DNA of 64,000 bases. It comes from Eubacteriales bacterium (GTDB lineage: Bacteria > Bacillota > Clostridia > Oscillospirales > CAG-272). The stretch covers positions 5,077 to 69,076 of the forward strand of contig JAZTXO010000006.1 in NCBI GenBank assembly GCA_045636445.1, given 5' to 3'. The position numbers and the translations under genes were made by a program. The notes under the pieces are model-generated. The model worked only from the letters and a program-made list of their open reading frames with translations. It was not told where the DNA came from and ran no database searches. Below are positions 18,891-28,816 of the stretch, in pieces; position 1 is the stretch's first letter; each line of letters starts with the position of its first letter.

Positions 18891-18929
18891 AAAAAAGAGA
18901 AAACCTTGAAATAAGGTTTTCTCTTTTTT
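18891..18929. terminator. Bidirectional terminator downstream of ftsZ
   Basis: aaaaaagagaaaacctt / aaggttttctctttttt perfect inverted repeat. Confidence 0.8.
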
Positions 18930-19027
18930 GTTATTATATCAAAATTACAATTTGCGAAGAAAATCGTTTAATCTTTAATAGATTATTTTTAATACTTTTA
19001 TGAAGCTAAATTTATGTAGCTTTACAA

Positions 19028-20185
19028 TTATCTTCTCTTGGTAATTGCTATGAAGGTTGAGCCGTAGCTGTTTTCATAAGCGTCATTAACATTTGAGAAA
19101 TGTGCTGCAGGAGCTTCAACAACAGGCTGTGATGCTGCTTCAGCTGCTTCAAATGCCTTGATTGCATCCTCAACTGCAACGTTGGTGTCGGCTTCAGCTG
19201 CTTCGGATTTCATAGGCTGCTTGTTGTTGTTCTTTTCAAAACCGGTAGCGATAATGGTGATACGCATTTCATCCTGAAGAGAAGGATCGAAGGTAGCGCC
19301 CCAAATAATGTTAGCTTCGGGATGTGCCTCGTCGTGGATCATACGAGAAGCGATGTCGATTTCATCAAGCTGAATGTCCTCGGAAGCGGTAATGCTTACA
19401 AGAACGCCGGTAGCTCCGGTGATGCTCGTTTCGAGAAGGGGAGAAGAAATAGCTTCCATAGCTGCAACCTGCGCTTTGTCAGCACCCTTTGCAGATCCAA
19501 CACCCATATGTGCATATCCTGCATTTTTCATAATAGAGGTAACGTCGGCAAAGTCAAGGTTGATAAATCCGGGAACGTTAATAAGCTCTGAAACGGACTG
19601 AACTCCGCGACGAAGAACATCGTCTGCAATTTCAAATGCATTTGCAAGAGTGATGTGTGTGTCTTCTACCTGCTTCAAACGCTCGTTGGGGATAACGATA
19701 AGGGAGTCAACGAACTTAGCCAACTCACCAATTCCGGCTTCTGCCTGAGCGTATCTCTTGTGTCCCTCGAAAGAGAAGGGCTTGGTTACAATACCAACGG
19801 TGAGGATGCCCATTTCTTTAGCTGCTTTAGCTATAACGGGAGCTGCACCTGTACCGGTTCCGCCACCCATACCTGCGGTGATGAATACCATATCTGTATC
19901 AGCAAGAGCTTCTTTTACGGTTTCGATAGATTCTTCAGCGCTACGCTTACCAACATCGGGATTTGCGCCTGCGCCTTTTCCACGAGTGATTTTATCACCG
20001 ATAACAAGCTTTTTAGCTGCACAAGATGTATCAAGTGCCATACTATCGGTATTTACGGCAATAAACTCTACACCGCGAATGTTTGTTGAAATCATACGGT
20101 TTACTGCGTTGTTTCCGCCGCCGCCTACGCCTATTACCTTAATGCTTACGCCACTATCAAACTGCTGTTCAAAATTGAATTCCAT
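19028..20185 (-). CDS. ftsZ: Cell division protein FtsZ
   Basis: [28 protein letters not shown]; start MEFNF after ggaggt. Confidence 0.98.
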   Translation of the reverse strand: MEFNFEQQFDSGVSIKVIGVGGGGNNAVNRMISTNIRGVEFIAVNTDSMALDTSCAAKKLVIGDKITRGKGAGANPDVGKRSAEESIETVKEALADTDMVFITAGMGGGTGTGAAPVIAKAAKEMGILTVGIVTKPFSFEGHKRYAQAEAGIGELAKFVDSLIVIPNERLKQVEDTHITLANAFEIADDVLRRGVQSVSELINVPGFINLDFADVTSIMKNAGYAHMGVGSAKGADKAQVAAMEAISSPLLETSITGATGVLVSITASEDIQLDEIDIASRMIHDEAHPEANIIWGATFDPSLQDEMRITIIATGFEKNNNKQPMKSEAAEADTNVAVEDAIKAFEAAEAASQPVVEAPAAHFSNVNDAYENSYGSTFIAITKRR

Positions 20186-20249
20186 GATAAAACCTCCGTT
20201 TATATTCGAAAGCTGCAAGAGCTTTGTGTTTCTTATTTTTTACGTAAAT

Positions 20250-20278
20250 ATTTTATCATATAATTATTTTATTTGCAA
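20250..20278 (-). promoter_or_regulatory. SigA promoter dedicated to ftsZ
   Basis: TTGCAA-N17-TAAAAT with extended TG on minus strand. Confidence 0.65.
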
Positions 20279-20330
20279 GTAGTAAAATATAAAAATATTT
20301 TATTTTACAAAATATTTTAAATATGGCATA

Positions 20331-20419
20331 TAATGCAGGGCAGAACGATTTTCGACAAATATCTGCTTTGAACGAAATAATTGTCTTGTTGCGTTTTCGA
20401 CATTTAATGCAGGGCAGAA
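20331..20419. repeat. 15-bp direct repeat TAATGCAGGGCAGAA (20331-20345, 20405-20419) enclosing two TTCGACA (Spo0A-box) heptamers
   Basis: Exact copies read from the sequence; TTCGACA at 20351 and 20396. Confidence 0.65.
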
Positions 20420-21522
20420 TGGTTTTTTACTGCAAGTTCTATGATTGAATCGGCACACATGGCAGAAGCGTTTCTCTTGGCGTATTTTTTGATTCTTTCG
20501 GAAAGCATTGTTCTTGCTTCGACATCGTTAATTAGCAATGAAATTTTTGTTGCCAATTGCTCTTCGGTTAAATTCTTTTCTTCAATCAAAATACATGCTG
20601 ATTGTTCGGAAAGGACTTTTGCATTTTTGTATTGGTGGTTATCTGTAACGTGTTCGGACGGTATTAAAATAGATGCTGCGCCAACTGCAGATAATTCTGC
20701 TATTGTCATTGCTCCGCTTCTGCATATTACTATATCGGAAGCCCAAAGCAAGGTTGGCATATCATCTATATATGGAACTATTTTGCATCCGTTTTTACCG
20801 GCCTTTAAATCCTCTTTTTTTATTTTTGAAAAATGCTTTTTTCCCGTTGCGTGTATATGGTGTAAATTCTTTGTGTTTACGGAATAGTTTTCGATTATCG
20901 GAATAATCGTTTCGTTTATTTTTTCAGCGCCAATGCTTCCGCCGAAGGATAAAAGAAGCAGATCGTTTTTGTTTAAATTCAATTTTTTTCTTGCTTTGTT
21001 TCGCGTTTGCTTGAAAAAATCTGCTCTGATTGGATTTCCCACAACAAGGGTTTTTGTTGATTTTCGTATATATTTTTTCGTTTCTTCGGTGTTTAACAAA
21101 ACCAAATTGCATTTTGAGGATATTAAACGTGTAACAAGTCCCGGATATGCATTTGACTCGTGTAGTATGAGAGGAATTTTTAATTTTATTGCTGCCTTTG
21201 CAATCGGCCAACTCACGTATCCTCCGGTGACTACAACTGCGTCAGGGGAAAATTCTTTCGTTATTTTGATGGCTTTGTTTATAGCTCTTAGTGCGAGTTT
21301 AATTCTTTTGATGTTTTTAGTTGTTAATCTTCTTTCGATTCCTTCGATTTTTATTGTTGATAATTTAATACCGCTTTTTTTAATTACGTCGTTTTCACAT
21401 CCGCCTTCTCTGGAAACGAAGATGAATTCTGTGTTTTCGTTTTTTTGTTTTATTGCTTCGGCAATTGCTAATGCCGGAGAAATGTGGCCGACACTTCCGC
21501 CACCGCATAACAAAATTCTCAT
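20404..21522 (-). CDS. murG: Lipid II GlcNAc transferase MurG
   Basis: GGGSVGHISP, TGGYVS, HESNAYPG, GNPIR, GGSIGA, RSGAMTIAE, HQYKNA. Confidence 0.93.
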   Translation of the reverse strand: MRILLCGGGSVGHISPALAIAEAIKQKNENTEFIFVSREGGCENDVIKKSGIKLSTIKIEGIERRLTTKNIKRIKLALRAINKAIKITKEFSPDAVVVTGGYVSWPIAKAAIKLKIPLILHESNAYPGLVTRLISSKCNLVLLNTEETKKYIRKSTKTLVVGNPIRADFFKQTRNKARKKLNLNKNDLLLLSFGGSIGAEKINETIIPIIENYSVNTKNLHHIHATGKKHFSKIKKEDLKAGKNGCKIVPYIDDMPTLLWASDIVICRSGAMTIAELSAVGAASILIPSEHVTDNHQYKNAKVLSEQSACILIEEKNLTEEQLATKISLLINDVEARTMLSERIKKYAKRNASAMCADSIIELAVKNHSALH

Positions 21523-21531
21523 AGTCAAACC

Positions 21532-22668
21532 TTATTTCATTATTTTTGCATGTTTAGAAGCTGATAATATCAGTCCCATTTCGAAGAACAGCATTATAAG
21601 AGATGATCCACCGTAGCTGAAAAAAGGAAGGGAAATACCGGTATTGGGTATAGTGTTTGTAACTACCGCAATATTGAGTATGGTTTGAAGAGCCGTTTTA
21701 ATACATATTCCGAGGCATAAAAGACGAGTAAAGGTGTTTTCTGAACGGATAGCTATAATACACCCCCGTACAATTAAGACGCCATACATAAAAATCGTTA
21801 AGGTTGCTCCTAAAAAACCGGTTTCTTCGCATAGTATTGTGAAAATCATATCGTTTGCAGGCTCGGAAACATAGCAATGCTTTAATACGCTTTTTCCAAA
21901 CCCTACACCAAAAAAACCGCCCGAGCCGATTGCCATAAGTCCTTGAAGAGTTTGCCAGCCTCCGGTGAGCTTATAAGCTTCGGGATTTTGCCAAACAATG
22001 ATTCGTTCTTTGGTATAATCGGTAAATAATGCTAAAAATGATATAGCCGCTATTCCTGCAAGACAAAAGCTGATTATGTATTTTGGATTTATGCCTGATA
22101 AGAAAATCAAGATAACGCCTATTCCTCCGAGAATAACAACGCAGGAAAGATGCTTTTGGAGTGCAACGAGAATTATCGGTAGAAGCATTATTCCCAGGGG
22201 AATTACAGTTCCGTATATGAAAATGTTTTTTCTTTTTGTTTGGTCGGTTGCTTTTTCGTTGTATTTTGCAAAATAATGAGCCAAAAGCATCGGTAAGGTC
22301 AGTTTCAAAATTTCGGACGGTTGTATTGTAATAGGCCCGATAGAAATCCATCTTTTTGCTCCGTTTCCAACTATACCCACCACAAGAACGAGTATCAGCA
22401 GCCCTATTGTGGCTAAGTATAAGTGAGGCGAATATTTTTCAAGCTTTGATAGGTTGATTTTTGATGAGAGAAGCATAACGATGATTCCGATTATCAACCA
22501 GGCCAGCTGTCTTTTTGCAAAATAAAGAGGATCGTCATATCTTGCTTCTGCATAGGAAGATCCCGCACTGAAAACCATAATCGTTCCCCAAACGGATATA
22601 GCTAAAACTGTAATTGTAAACATTAAATCTGAATGATGTTTTTTATTGGTTGTTATCAGTCGTTTCAT
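21532..22668 (-). CDS. spoVE: SEDS peptidoglycan polymerase (FtsW/SpoVE)
   Basis: GAKRWI, IQPSEILK, AIGSGG, PNTGISLPFFSYGGSS; dcw position. Confidence 0.8.
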   Translation of the reverse strand: MKRLITTNKKHHSDLMFTITVLAISVWGTIMVFSAGSSYAEARYDDPLYFAKRQLAWLIIGIIVMLLSSKINLSKLEKYSPHLYLATIGLLILVLVVGIVGNGAKRWISIGPITIQPSEILKLTLPMLLAHYFAKYNEKATDQTKRKNIFIYGTVIPLGIMLLPIILVALQKHLSCVVILGGIGVILIFLSGINPKYIISFCLAGIAAISFLALFTDYTKERIIVWQNPEAYKLTGGWQTLQGLMAIGSGGFFGVGFGKSVLKHCYVSEPANDMIFTILCEETGFLGATLTIFMYGVLIVRGCIIAIRSENTFTRLLCLGICIKTALQTILNIAVVTNTIPNTGISLPFFSYGGSSLIMLFFEMGLILSASKHAKIMK

Positions 22669-22672
22669 AATT

Positions 22673-23659
22673 TTACGCAAAAAACATTTTAAAGACCGGG
22701 AGTGACGAGAGTAAGGTAACAAAGATCGCAAGCATACAAATGGTCGGTTCTGTCATTCCGCATTTTTCAAGGTGATGGTGTATCGGCGCCATTTTAAACA
22801 GACGTTTTTTTGTTAATTTGAAATATGCAACTTGAAGGATTACCGATAATCCTTCGATAAGATAAAAAGCTCCTAAGAAAATCATAATAATAGGATTACC
22901 AAGAGCGAATGCGCAAGATACTGTTAATGCGCCGAAAAACAAAGAGCCTGTGTCTCCCATAAAAATTTGTGCCGGATGATGATTGTAAATAAGAAATCCT
23001 AATGCTGCTCCGATGATTGCTGCACTGATTATTGCTACGTCATTGAATCTTGATGATGTTAATAAAAGCAAAACAAGACCAATAGTGCCGGCGACCGTTG
23101 ATGCAAGACCGTCTATTCCGTCGGTAAGGTTTGCACAGTTGATCGTTCCGAGTAAAGCGATTAAAGACAGTGGGTAATAGAAGAACCCGATGTCGATTTC
23201 ACCGAATGAAAAACGAAGTGTTGTTGGAGCGTTAAAAAGGGTGTATCGTACAAAAAGGAAGAGCAGGCTAACAAAAAACTGCATAAATAACTTTTGAGTC
23301 GGAGAGAGTCCTTTGTTGTTTTTTGTTTTCAATTTTGTTAGGTCGTCGGCAATTCCGATCAAAGCGTTTAATGCAGCAAATACAACGCACACCAAAATGG
23401 ATAAAGCTTCGTCATTTCTTTTTGCCGAAAGTAAAAAAGCAGCAGTTAAAATAAGCGTAAATAATGAAGCAAAAATAAATCCGATGCCACCCATGGTTGG
23501 AGTTCCGGATTTTTTTATATGCCATTTTGGGCCTTCTGAATAAATAGGTTGAGTTGCGCGGCCGGACAGAAAACGTATTAAATATCTTTCGGAAAGGAAT
23601 GTCAACAAAAGGGAAGAGAAGAAAACGGTGAAATATAGTATAAAGTATTTATCGTTCAA
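22673..23659 (-). CDS. mraY: Phospho-N-acetylmuramoyl-pentapeptide transferase
   Basis: KSGTPTMGG, DD, NLTDGIDGL, FMGDTGS, MAPIHHH. Confidence 0.95.
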   Translation of the reverse strand: MNDKYFILYFTVFFSSLLLTFLSERYLIRFLSGRATQPIYSEGPKWHIKKSGTPTMGGIGFIFASLFTLILTAAFLLSAKRNDEALSILVCVVFAALNALIGIADDLTKLKTKNNKGLSPTQKLFMQFFVSLLFLFVRYTLFNAPTTLRFSFGEIDIGFFYYPLSLIALLGTINCANLTDGIDGLASTVAGTIGLVLLLLTSSRFNDVAIISAAIIGAALGFLIYNHHPAQIFMGDTGSLFFGALTVSCAFALGNPIIMIFLGAFYLIEGLSVILQVAYFKLTKKRLFKMAPIHHHLEKCGMTEPTICMLAIFVTLLSSLPVFKMFFA

Positions 23660-23664
23660 TTTCT

Positions 23665-25035
23665 TTAGTCCTCCTCTTTGCTATCAAGATCTTGGAGGTC
23701 TACGATAACTCTTCCAAGATCCACTGCGTGCGATGCTTTGAATAAAATTATTTCATTGTTTAGTGAATGCGTTTTTATTTGTTTTGCGGTGGTTTTTGTG
23801 TCTTGAATATCTTCGTTAACGAATATATTCTCTTTAGACATTCCGCCCGAAAGGGCACCGCAGAAAATATCTTTTGCATATTCGCTTATAATAAACAGAT
23901 GGTCAAGATTTAATTTAGCCGCATATTCACCGATATTAAAATGTATTTCCTTTGATTTGTCGCCCAGTTCGTATATGCTGCCCAAAAGAGCGCTTTTCAC
24001 TTTGTAGCCTTTTAGTTCTGCCAAAAGCTCTAATGAAGAAATGACAGATTCGTATGATGCGTTGAAATAATCTGCAAGAACGGTAAATTTGTCGAATGAA
24101 ATATAACTCTGCCTTAGTATATTACTTGAAATTTTAGAAATCTCGTTTTTGGTATTGGCTGGATTTATTCCTAAAAGATTGGCTGATGCAATAGCCGCGC
24201 ACAGACATTCCATAGAGGCTATTCCTTGAAAATCGGTTTTGGTATTTATACATATTCCATTGATGCCAATTGTTAAGTTTCCTTCATTATTATATATATA
24301 TACGTCGCTACGATTGCTTTTTACTGAAAAAGTATAGGCGTTTTTTACACGTTTTAATAGAGGCTCGTCGTATGGAATGATCAGTTTTCCGTCTTTCATT
24401 CCCTCAAGTATTTCGAGCTTTGCTCTCGCTATGTTTTCTCTTGAGCCAAGATTTCCTATATGCGCTGTTCCTATCTTTGTGATTATTGCAATGTCGGGAT
24501 TAGAGCATTTTGAAAGCTTTGAAATTTCTCCCGAATGGTTCATTCCCATCTCTAAAATTAGCAGTTCTGTGTCACAAGGCGCAGAAAGTATTGTTATCGG
24601 AAGACCGAGTTGATTGTTTTTGTTGTCTTCTGTTGCGTGGGTCTTGTATGAATTAGAACATATTTTTTTCAAAATTTCCTTCGTTGTTGTTTTTCCAACA
24701 CTTCCGGTTATTGCTACGGTGTATTTTAATTTGGTTAATTTCTTTTTGTAGTAATGGGCAAGAGATAGCAGCGCTTCTTCTGCGTTCTTAATTAATATAC
24801 AATTATCTCTTTTTTGTCTTGTTAAACAAATGCCGCCTCTTTGTAAGCAATCTCCCACAAACGATTCACCGTCGTGATTTTTTCCTTTCAATGGAATGAA
24901 AAGATCACCGGGTTTTAATTTTCTCGAGTCTGTTGTTAGGTACTCAATTGCTACGTTTGAGTGATACAAATTGATCGTGTTTATTGCCGCGGATATTTCG
25001 TTAAGATATAGCGGAATAGCTAATTTAATTCTCAT
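23665..25035 (-). CDS. murF: UDP-MurNAc-tripeptide--D-Ala-D-Ala ligase
   Basis: TDSR, AITGSVGKTTTK, LEMGMNHSGEI, DYFNAS. Confidence 0.9.
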   Translation of the reverse strand: MRIKLAIPLYLNEISAAINTINLYHSNVAIEYLTTDSRKLKPGDLFIPLKGKNHDGESFVGDCLQRGGICLTRQKRDNCILIKNAEEALLSLAHYYKKKLTKLKYTVAITGSVGKTTTKEILKKICSNSYKTHATEDNKNNQLGLPITILSAPCDTELLILEMGMNHSGEISKLSKCSNPDIAIITKIGTAHIGNLGSRENIARAKLEILEGMKDGKLIIPYDEPLLKRVKNAYTFSVKSNRSDVYIYNNEGNLTIGINGICINTKTDFQGIASMECLCAAIASANLLGINPANTKNEISKISSNILRQSYISFDKFTVLADYFNASYESVISSLELLAELKGYKVKSALLGSIYELGDKSKEIHFNIGEYAAKLNLDHLFIISEYAKDIFCGALSGGMSKENIFVNEDIQDTKTTAKQIKTHSLNNEIILFKASHAVDLGRVIVDLQDLDSKEED

Positions 25036-26485
25036 TTTTTGTATGTTCCTTATATTCGTATAAAGCATTTGCAGCTTCGATCTTATCGTTATACGATTTA
25101 TAAGTTTCTCCTTTTATATTATACTCCTCGCATCCCTTTCCGATTATTGCAACAATATCATTTTCGTTAGAATTTAAAATAGCGTTTTTTATTGCTTCGC
25201 CTCTGTCCTTTATTATCTTAAATTCAGATGTTTTAAATCCTTGCGTTATATCAGAAATTATATCTTCAAGTGCCTCTTTTCTTGAATTGTCTTCGGTAAC
25301 TATAATTTTATCGGCATATTTCTCGATTATACCGGCTATTATTGGTCTTTTGGATTTGTCACGGTCTCCGCCGCATCCAAAAACAACGGTAAGCTTTGAT
25401 GTGCCTTTTAATTTATTTAAGCTTTGTAAAAATGCTTCGTATGCCTTTGGTGTGTGCGCATAATCTATTATTACCTTAACAGAATCCATTATAACATCAA
25501 ATCGTCCTTTTATTTTTTTGATGTTCGCGATGGCTTTTTTTACAGTACAAGGCGGTATTTTTAAGTCAATACATACCGCAGATGCAAGCATAGAATTATA
25601 TACGTTATATATGCCGGGGAAGTTCAATGTCGTTTTGTAGCAAATTTTGTCTGTGTGTATAAAATACGTTGTTCCGTTAAATCCATCGGCTTCAATATGT
25701 GTTGCATAATAATCTCCTTGCCAAAGTGTGCCTACGGTAATGACGTTGTCGTTAAGAATTGTCAAAGCTCTTCTTGCATAGAAGTCGTCGATGTTAAGTA
25801 CAGCCTTTTTAGCTGATTTTAAAAGGTTCATTTTTGTGTCGAAGTATTCTTCCATGGAACTATGAAAATCGGTATGTTCAGCCGATAAATTTGTGAATAC
25901 TCCGTACTCAAATGGAATGGCGGATACTTTGCTGAGAGCTATAGCGTGACTTGATACCTCCATTACTATATATACACAGCCCTCGTCTTGCATTTTTCGT
26001 AGGGTTTTATATAATTTAGAGATGTCCGGGGTTGTCATTGAATAAGCTTTGTCGCTTAGTTTGTTTCCGTTGATCTCAATCAATCCGCTTCCGATAAAAC
26101 CGCAAGATCCAATGCTTTCTAAGATCGTTTTATATATTATATAAGCTGTTGTAGTTTTTCCGTTTGTTCCGGTTATACCGATGATTTTCAATCCGGAATA
26201 GTCAATTCCATAAAAATTAGAATGAATTGTTGCAGATGCTTTTCTCGCATTTTTTACCAGTATGTACGGAATGTCATTCGGTACTGAAGATTCGTCGTCT
26301 GTAACTATTGCCAAAGGGGGAGTTTTAAAGCTTGAGGCGAGTGGCATGTGTTTTGAATTTTCTGAAATAAATAAGTAATTGTTTTCAACTTCTGTTGGTA
26401 CAGTTGATATACCTTCAATTTCCGAATTTATGCAGATCGTGGATTTGTTGTAATCACTTTCCGGTAGCAGTTCGTGCAGTTTCAT
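25025..26485 (-). CDS. murE: UDP-MurNAc-dipeptide--diaminoacid ligase
   Basis: GITGTNGKTTT, MEVSSH, DYAHTP, FGCGGDRD, DNSR. Confidence 0.92.
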   Translation of the reverse strand: MKLHELLPESDYNKSTICINSEIEGISTVPTEVENNYLFISENSKHMPLASSFKTPPLAIVTDDESSVPNDIPYILVKNARKASATIHSNFYGIDYSGLKIIGITGTNGKTTTAYIIYKTILESIGSCGFIGSGLIEINGNKLSDKAYSMTTPDISKLYKTLRKMQDEGCVYIVMEVSSHAIALSKVSAIPFEYGVFTNLSAEHTDFHSSMEEYFDTKMNLLKSAKKAVLNIDDFYARRALTILNDNVITVGTLWQGDYYATHIEADGFNGTTYFIHTDKICYKTTLNFPGIYNVYNSMLASAVCIDLKIPPCTVKKAIANIKKIKGRFDVIMDSVKVIIDYAHTPKAYEAFLQSLNKLKGTSKLTVVFGCGGDRDKSKRPIIAGIIEKYADKIIVTEDNSRKEALEDIISDITQGFKTSEFKIIKDRGEAIKNAILNSNENDIVAIIGKGCEEYNIKGETYKSYNDKIEAANALYEYKEHTKNEN

Positions 26486-26498
26486 GGTATTTCTCCGA

Positions 26499-28727
26499 TC
26501 AATCTTCAAAATCTGTTTTTATTGCTCTAAGCGTTATTACCGTTCCTCGTTTTACATCTGTATATTCTTTTATTGATTGATCTGTAATAACACAATCAGA
26601 ATCGAATATTCCGCAAAAACGGATGTTTAATCCGCTGTTAATCGCTATTTTGACAGCTTCGTTGATTTTTAGACCGATTAGTTTAGGAACTTTAACAATA
26701 TCGCTTTTTTCTTTTTCGGTATATAAAATGATTTTAGATATAGAGATGTCGAAAACGCTATCTACGGTTGGTGTTTGGGATAAGACAACCGAACCGCTTC
26801 CAACAATTTCGTATGCTATTTTCTTTTCGTTTAATTTTGTTTTTGCTGTTTCTATGCTCATGCCGACATAATTTTCAACTGAAATCTCGGTAGAATTTGT
26901 CGATTTGAATTCAAGGTAAGGCAAGGCTTTAGCTAAAAATTCAGAAACATAGGGAGCCGCAACAACACTGCCGTATTTTACAGCCGATGTTGGTTCGTCG
27001 GCTACTATGATAACCGCAAGTCCGCTGTTATCATCTATTGAATATGCTACGGTAGAACCTATTCTCAAATATGAATTTCCGTTTTCGTCAAGAATGTCGA
27101 ATTTTTCCGACGTTCCTGTTTTTGCCGCAATGTCATATCCCATAACACCTGCATTTTTTGCGCCGCCGTCGTTATTTACGCCGTCTACTAAAATCTTTGA
27201 AACTGTTAACGCAGTTTCTTCGCTGATAACCTGACGTCTGACTTCTGTGTCGTGGTCAAAAACTGTTTTGCCTTCGTTGTTTATTATTTTTTCAACAACA
27301 TAGGGCGTAAGCAGTTTTCCACCGTTGGCAACGGCTGCAATCGAAGTCAATTGCGTTATTATTGAAACCTTGAAACGCTGACCAAAGGAAGCTGTTGCAA
27401 GCTCTGTTTCACCGATTCCTTCCGGAGAATGAAAAATCGTTAAAGCTTCTCCCGGAAGATCAATTCCGGTTTTTTCAAGATATCCGAATTTTTTTACATA
27501 AGAATAAAATCTTGTTGCTCCTGTTTTTGCTGAAATCGATATCATACAAGGGTTGCATGACATTTGGAGTCCGTACGCTAAACTGAATCCGGAGCCGTGT
27601 CCGCCTTTTTTATGACAGCGAATATTCCATCCGCCAACCATAGTTGAACCCGAGCAACTGAACGTATCTGACGGACTTGCCGCACCGCAGTCAAGAGCCG
27701 CAGAGACCGTCACTATTTTGAAAGTAGAGCCTGGCTCGTAGGTTTCGCTGATGGCTTTGTTTGACCACATGGTTTGCAGTAATGAGTTCTTTAGCTTGTT
27801 GTATTCTATACTGCCATATTCGTAACCCGAGTTTTTTAACTTTTCTGCCGAGTCGGTATCTAATACAAAGGGAGAGTTGGGGTTGAATGGGGAAGTGGTT
27901 GCCATAGCGAGGATTGCACCGGTTGACGTGTCCATAACAACTCCGCATACTCTGTTTTCGACCTGGTGGTTTTCTTTCGCTGACTCTAAAATCGTTTCCA
28001 GCGAGCTTTGTAAATAAGAATCGATTGTTGTAACAAGACTGTATCCGTTTTCTGCAGGTACGTAATCCGAATATTCGTTGCGTAGCTCCATTCCGTTTGC
28101 GTCTTTTGCATACGAGTAGTAGCCATCAGTGCCGGATAAAATTTTATCGTAATAATATTCAAGACCGTAAAGTCCTTGATTATCGCTTCCGACAAATCCC
28201 AATAGATGAGCAGCCATCGTCTGCTCCGGATAATATCTTGCCGTGGATGCTTCGAAGGAAACAAGCTTTGATAAATTGTTTTTTATAACAAATTCAAGTG
28301 CGTTTATATATTCTTCTTCTGATACGGATTTTTTAATCGTTACATCTAAAAGCGAGGTGTTTTTTATCTTTTGGTATGTATCGTTTTCCTTTAGATTGAG
28401 TATTGAAGACAAACCTTTTGATATGATTTGCGAATAGTTGGCTTTGTCTGCTTCCTCTGCCTTTTTGATTTCTCTCGGCGATACAAATATTCGCCATTTT
28501 GTACTGCTGGTAGCAAGTAAGTTCATATTAGAGTCGTATATATTTCCTCTTTTGGCTATCAGCGGGGAGGTCGTCGTTATTTGGTTGTATGTTTTATAAT
28601 TATATTCGTTATGGTATATACAACTTAACTTGAAAATATTTATCAATATATAGGTTGTAAAGAGAGCGAAAATTAATAAAATTGCAATCAAACGATTGTT
28701 TGTTGATTTTGTAATGTTAGGTTTCAA
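26499..28727 (-). CDS. spoVD: Class B penicillin-binding protein with two PASTA domains (SpoVD/FtsI)
   Basis: N-terminal TM, RGNIYD, YEPGSTFK, SCN, KTGT, C-terminal PASTA-like repeats; TTG start after aaggaag. Confidence 0.8.
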   Translation of the reverse strand: MKPNITKSTNNRLIAILLIFALFTTYILINIFKLSCIYHNEYNYKTYNQITTTSPLIAKRGNIYDSNMNLLATSSTKWRIFVSPREIKKAEEADKANYSQIISKGLSSILNLKENDTYQKIKNTSLLDVTIKKSVSEEEYINALEFVIKNNLSKLVSFEASTARYYPEQTMAAHLLGFVGSDNQGLYGLEYYYDKILSGTDGYYSYAKDANGMELRNEYSDYVPAENGYSLVTTIDSYLQSSLETILESAKENHQVENRVCGVVMDTSTGAILAMATTSPFNPNSPFVLDTDSAEKLKNSGYEYGSIEYNKLKNSLLQTMWSNKAISETYEPGSTFKIVTVSAALDCGAASPSDTFSCSGSTMVGGWNIRCHKKGGHGSGFSLAYGLQMSCNPCMISISAKTGATRFYSYVKKFGYLEKTGIDLPGEALTIFHSPEGIGETELATASFGQRFKVSIITQLTSIAAVANGGKLLTPYVVEKIINNEGKTVFDHDTEVRRQVISEETALTVSKILVDGVNNDGGAKNAGVMGYDIAAKTGTSEKFDILDENGNSYLRIGSTVAYSIDDNSGLAVIIVADEPTSAVKYGSVVAAPYVSEFLAKALPYLEFKSTNSTEISVENYVGMSIETAKTKLNEKKIAYEIVGSGSVVLSQTPTVDSVFDISISKIILYTEKEKSDIVKVPKLIGLKINEAVKIAINSGLNIRFCGIFDSDCVITDQSIKEYTDVKRGTVITLRAIKTDFED

Positions 28728-28746
28728 AATTTCTTCCTTATTAAAT

Positions 28747-28785
28747 AAAAAAATATAGCGATGAACGGAATGTCCATCGCTATAT
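28747..28785 (-). terminator. Terminator closing the mraZ-rsmH-orf transcript
   Basis: atatagcgatg / catcgctatat inverted repeat with T-run on minus strand. Confidence 0.7.
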
Positions 28786-28812
28786 AATATTCGAATTTTA
28801 GTTTTTTTATGA
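28784..28812 (-). promoter_or_regulatory. SigE-like promoter upstream of spoVD
   Basis: Minus strand TCATAAA-N14-AATATTAT versus SigE consensus TCATAxx-N14-CATAxaxT. Confidence 0.45.
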
Positions 28813-28816
28813 TAAC

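Noticed and set aside
18490-19027. Possible oriC or dif site
   Set aside because: Only one perfect DnaA box, no dnaA nearby; best dif-like string (ttatgtagctt) lacks a matching left arm
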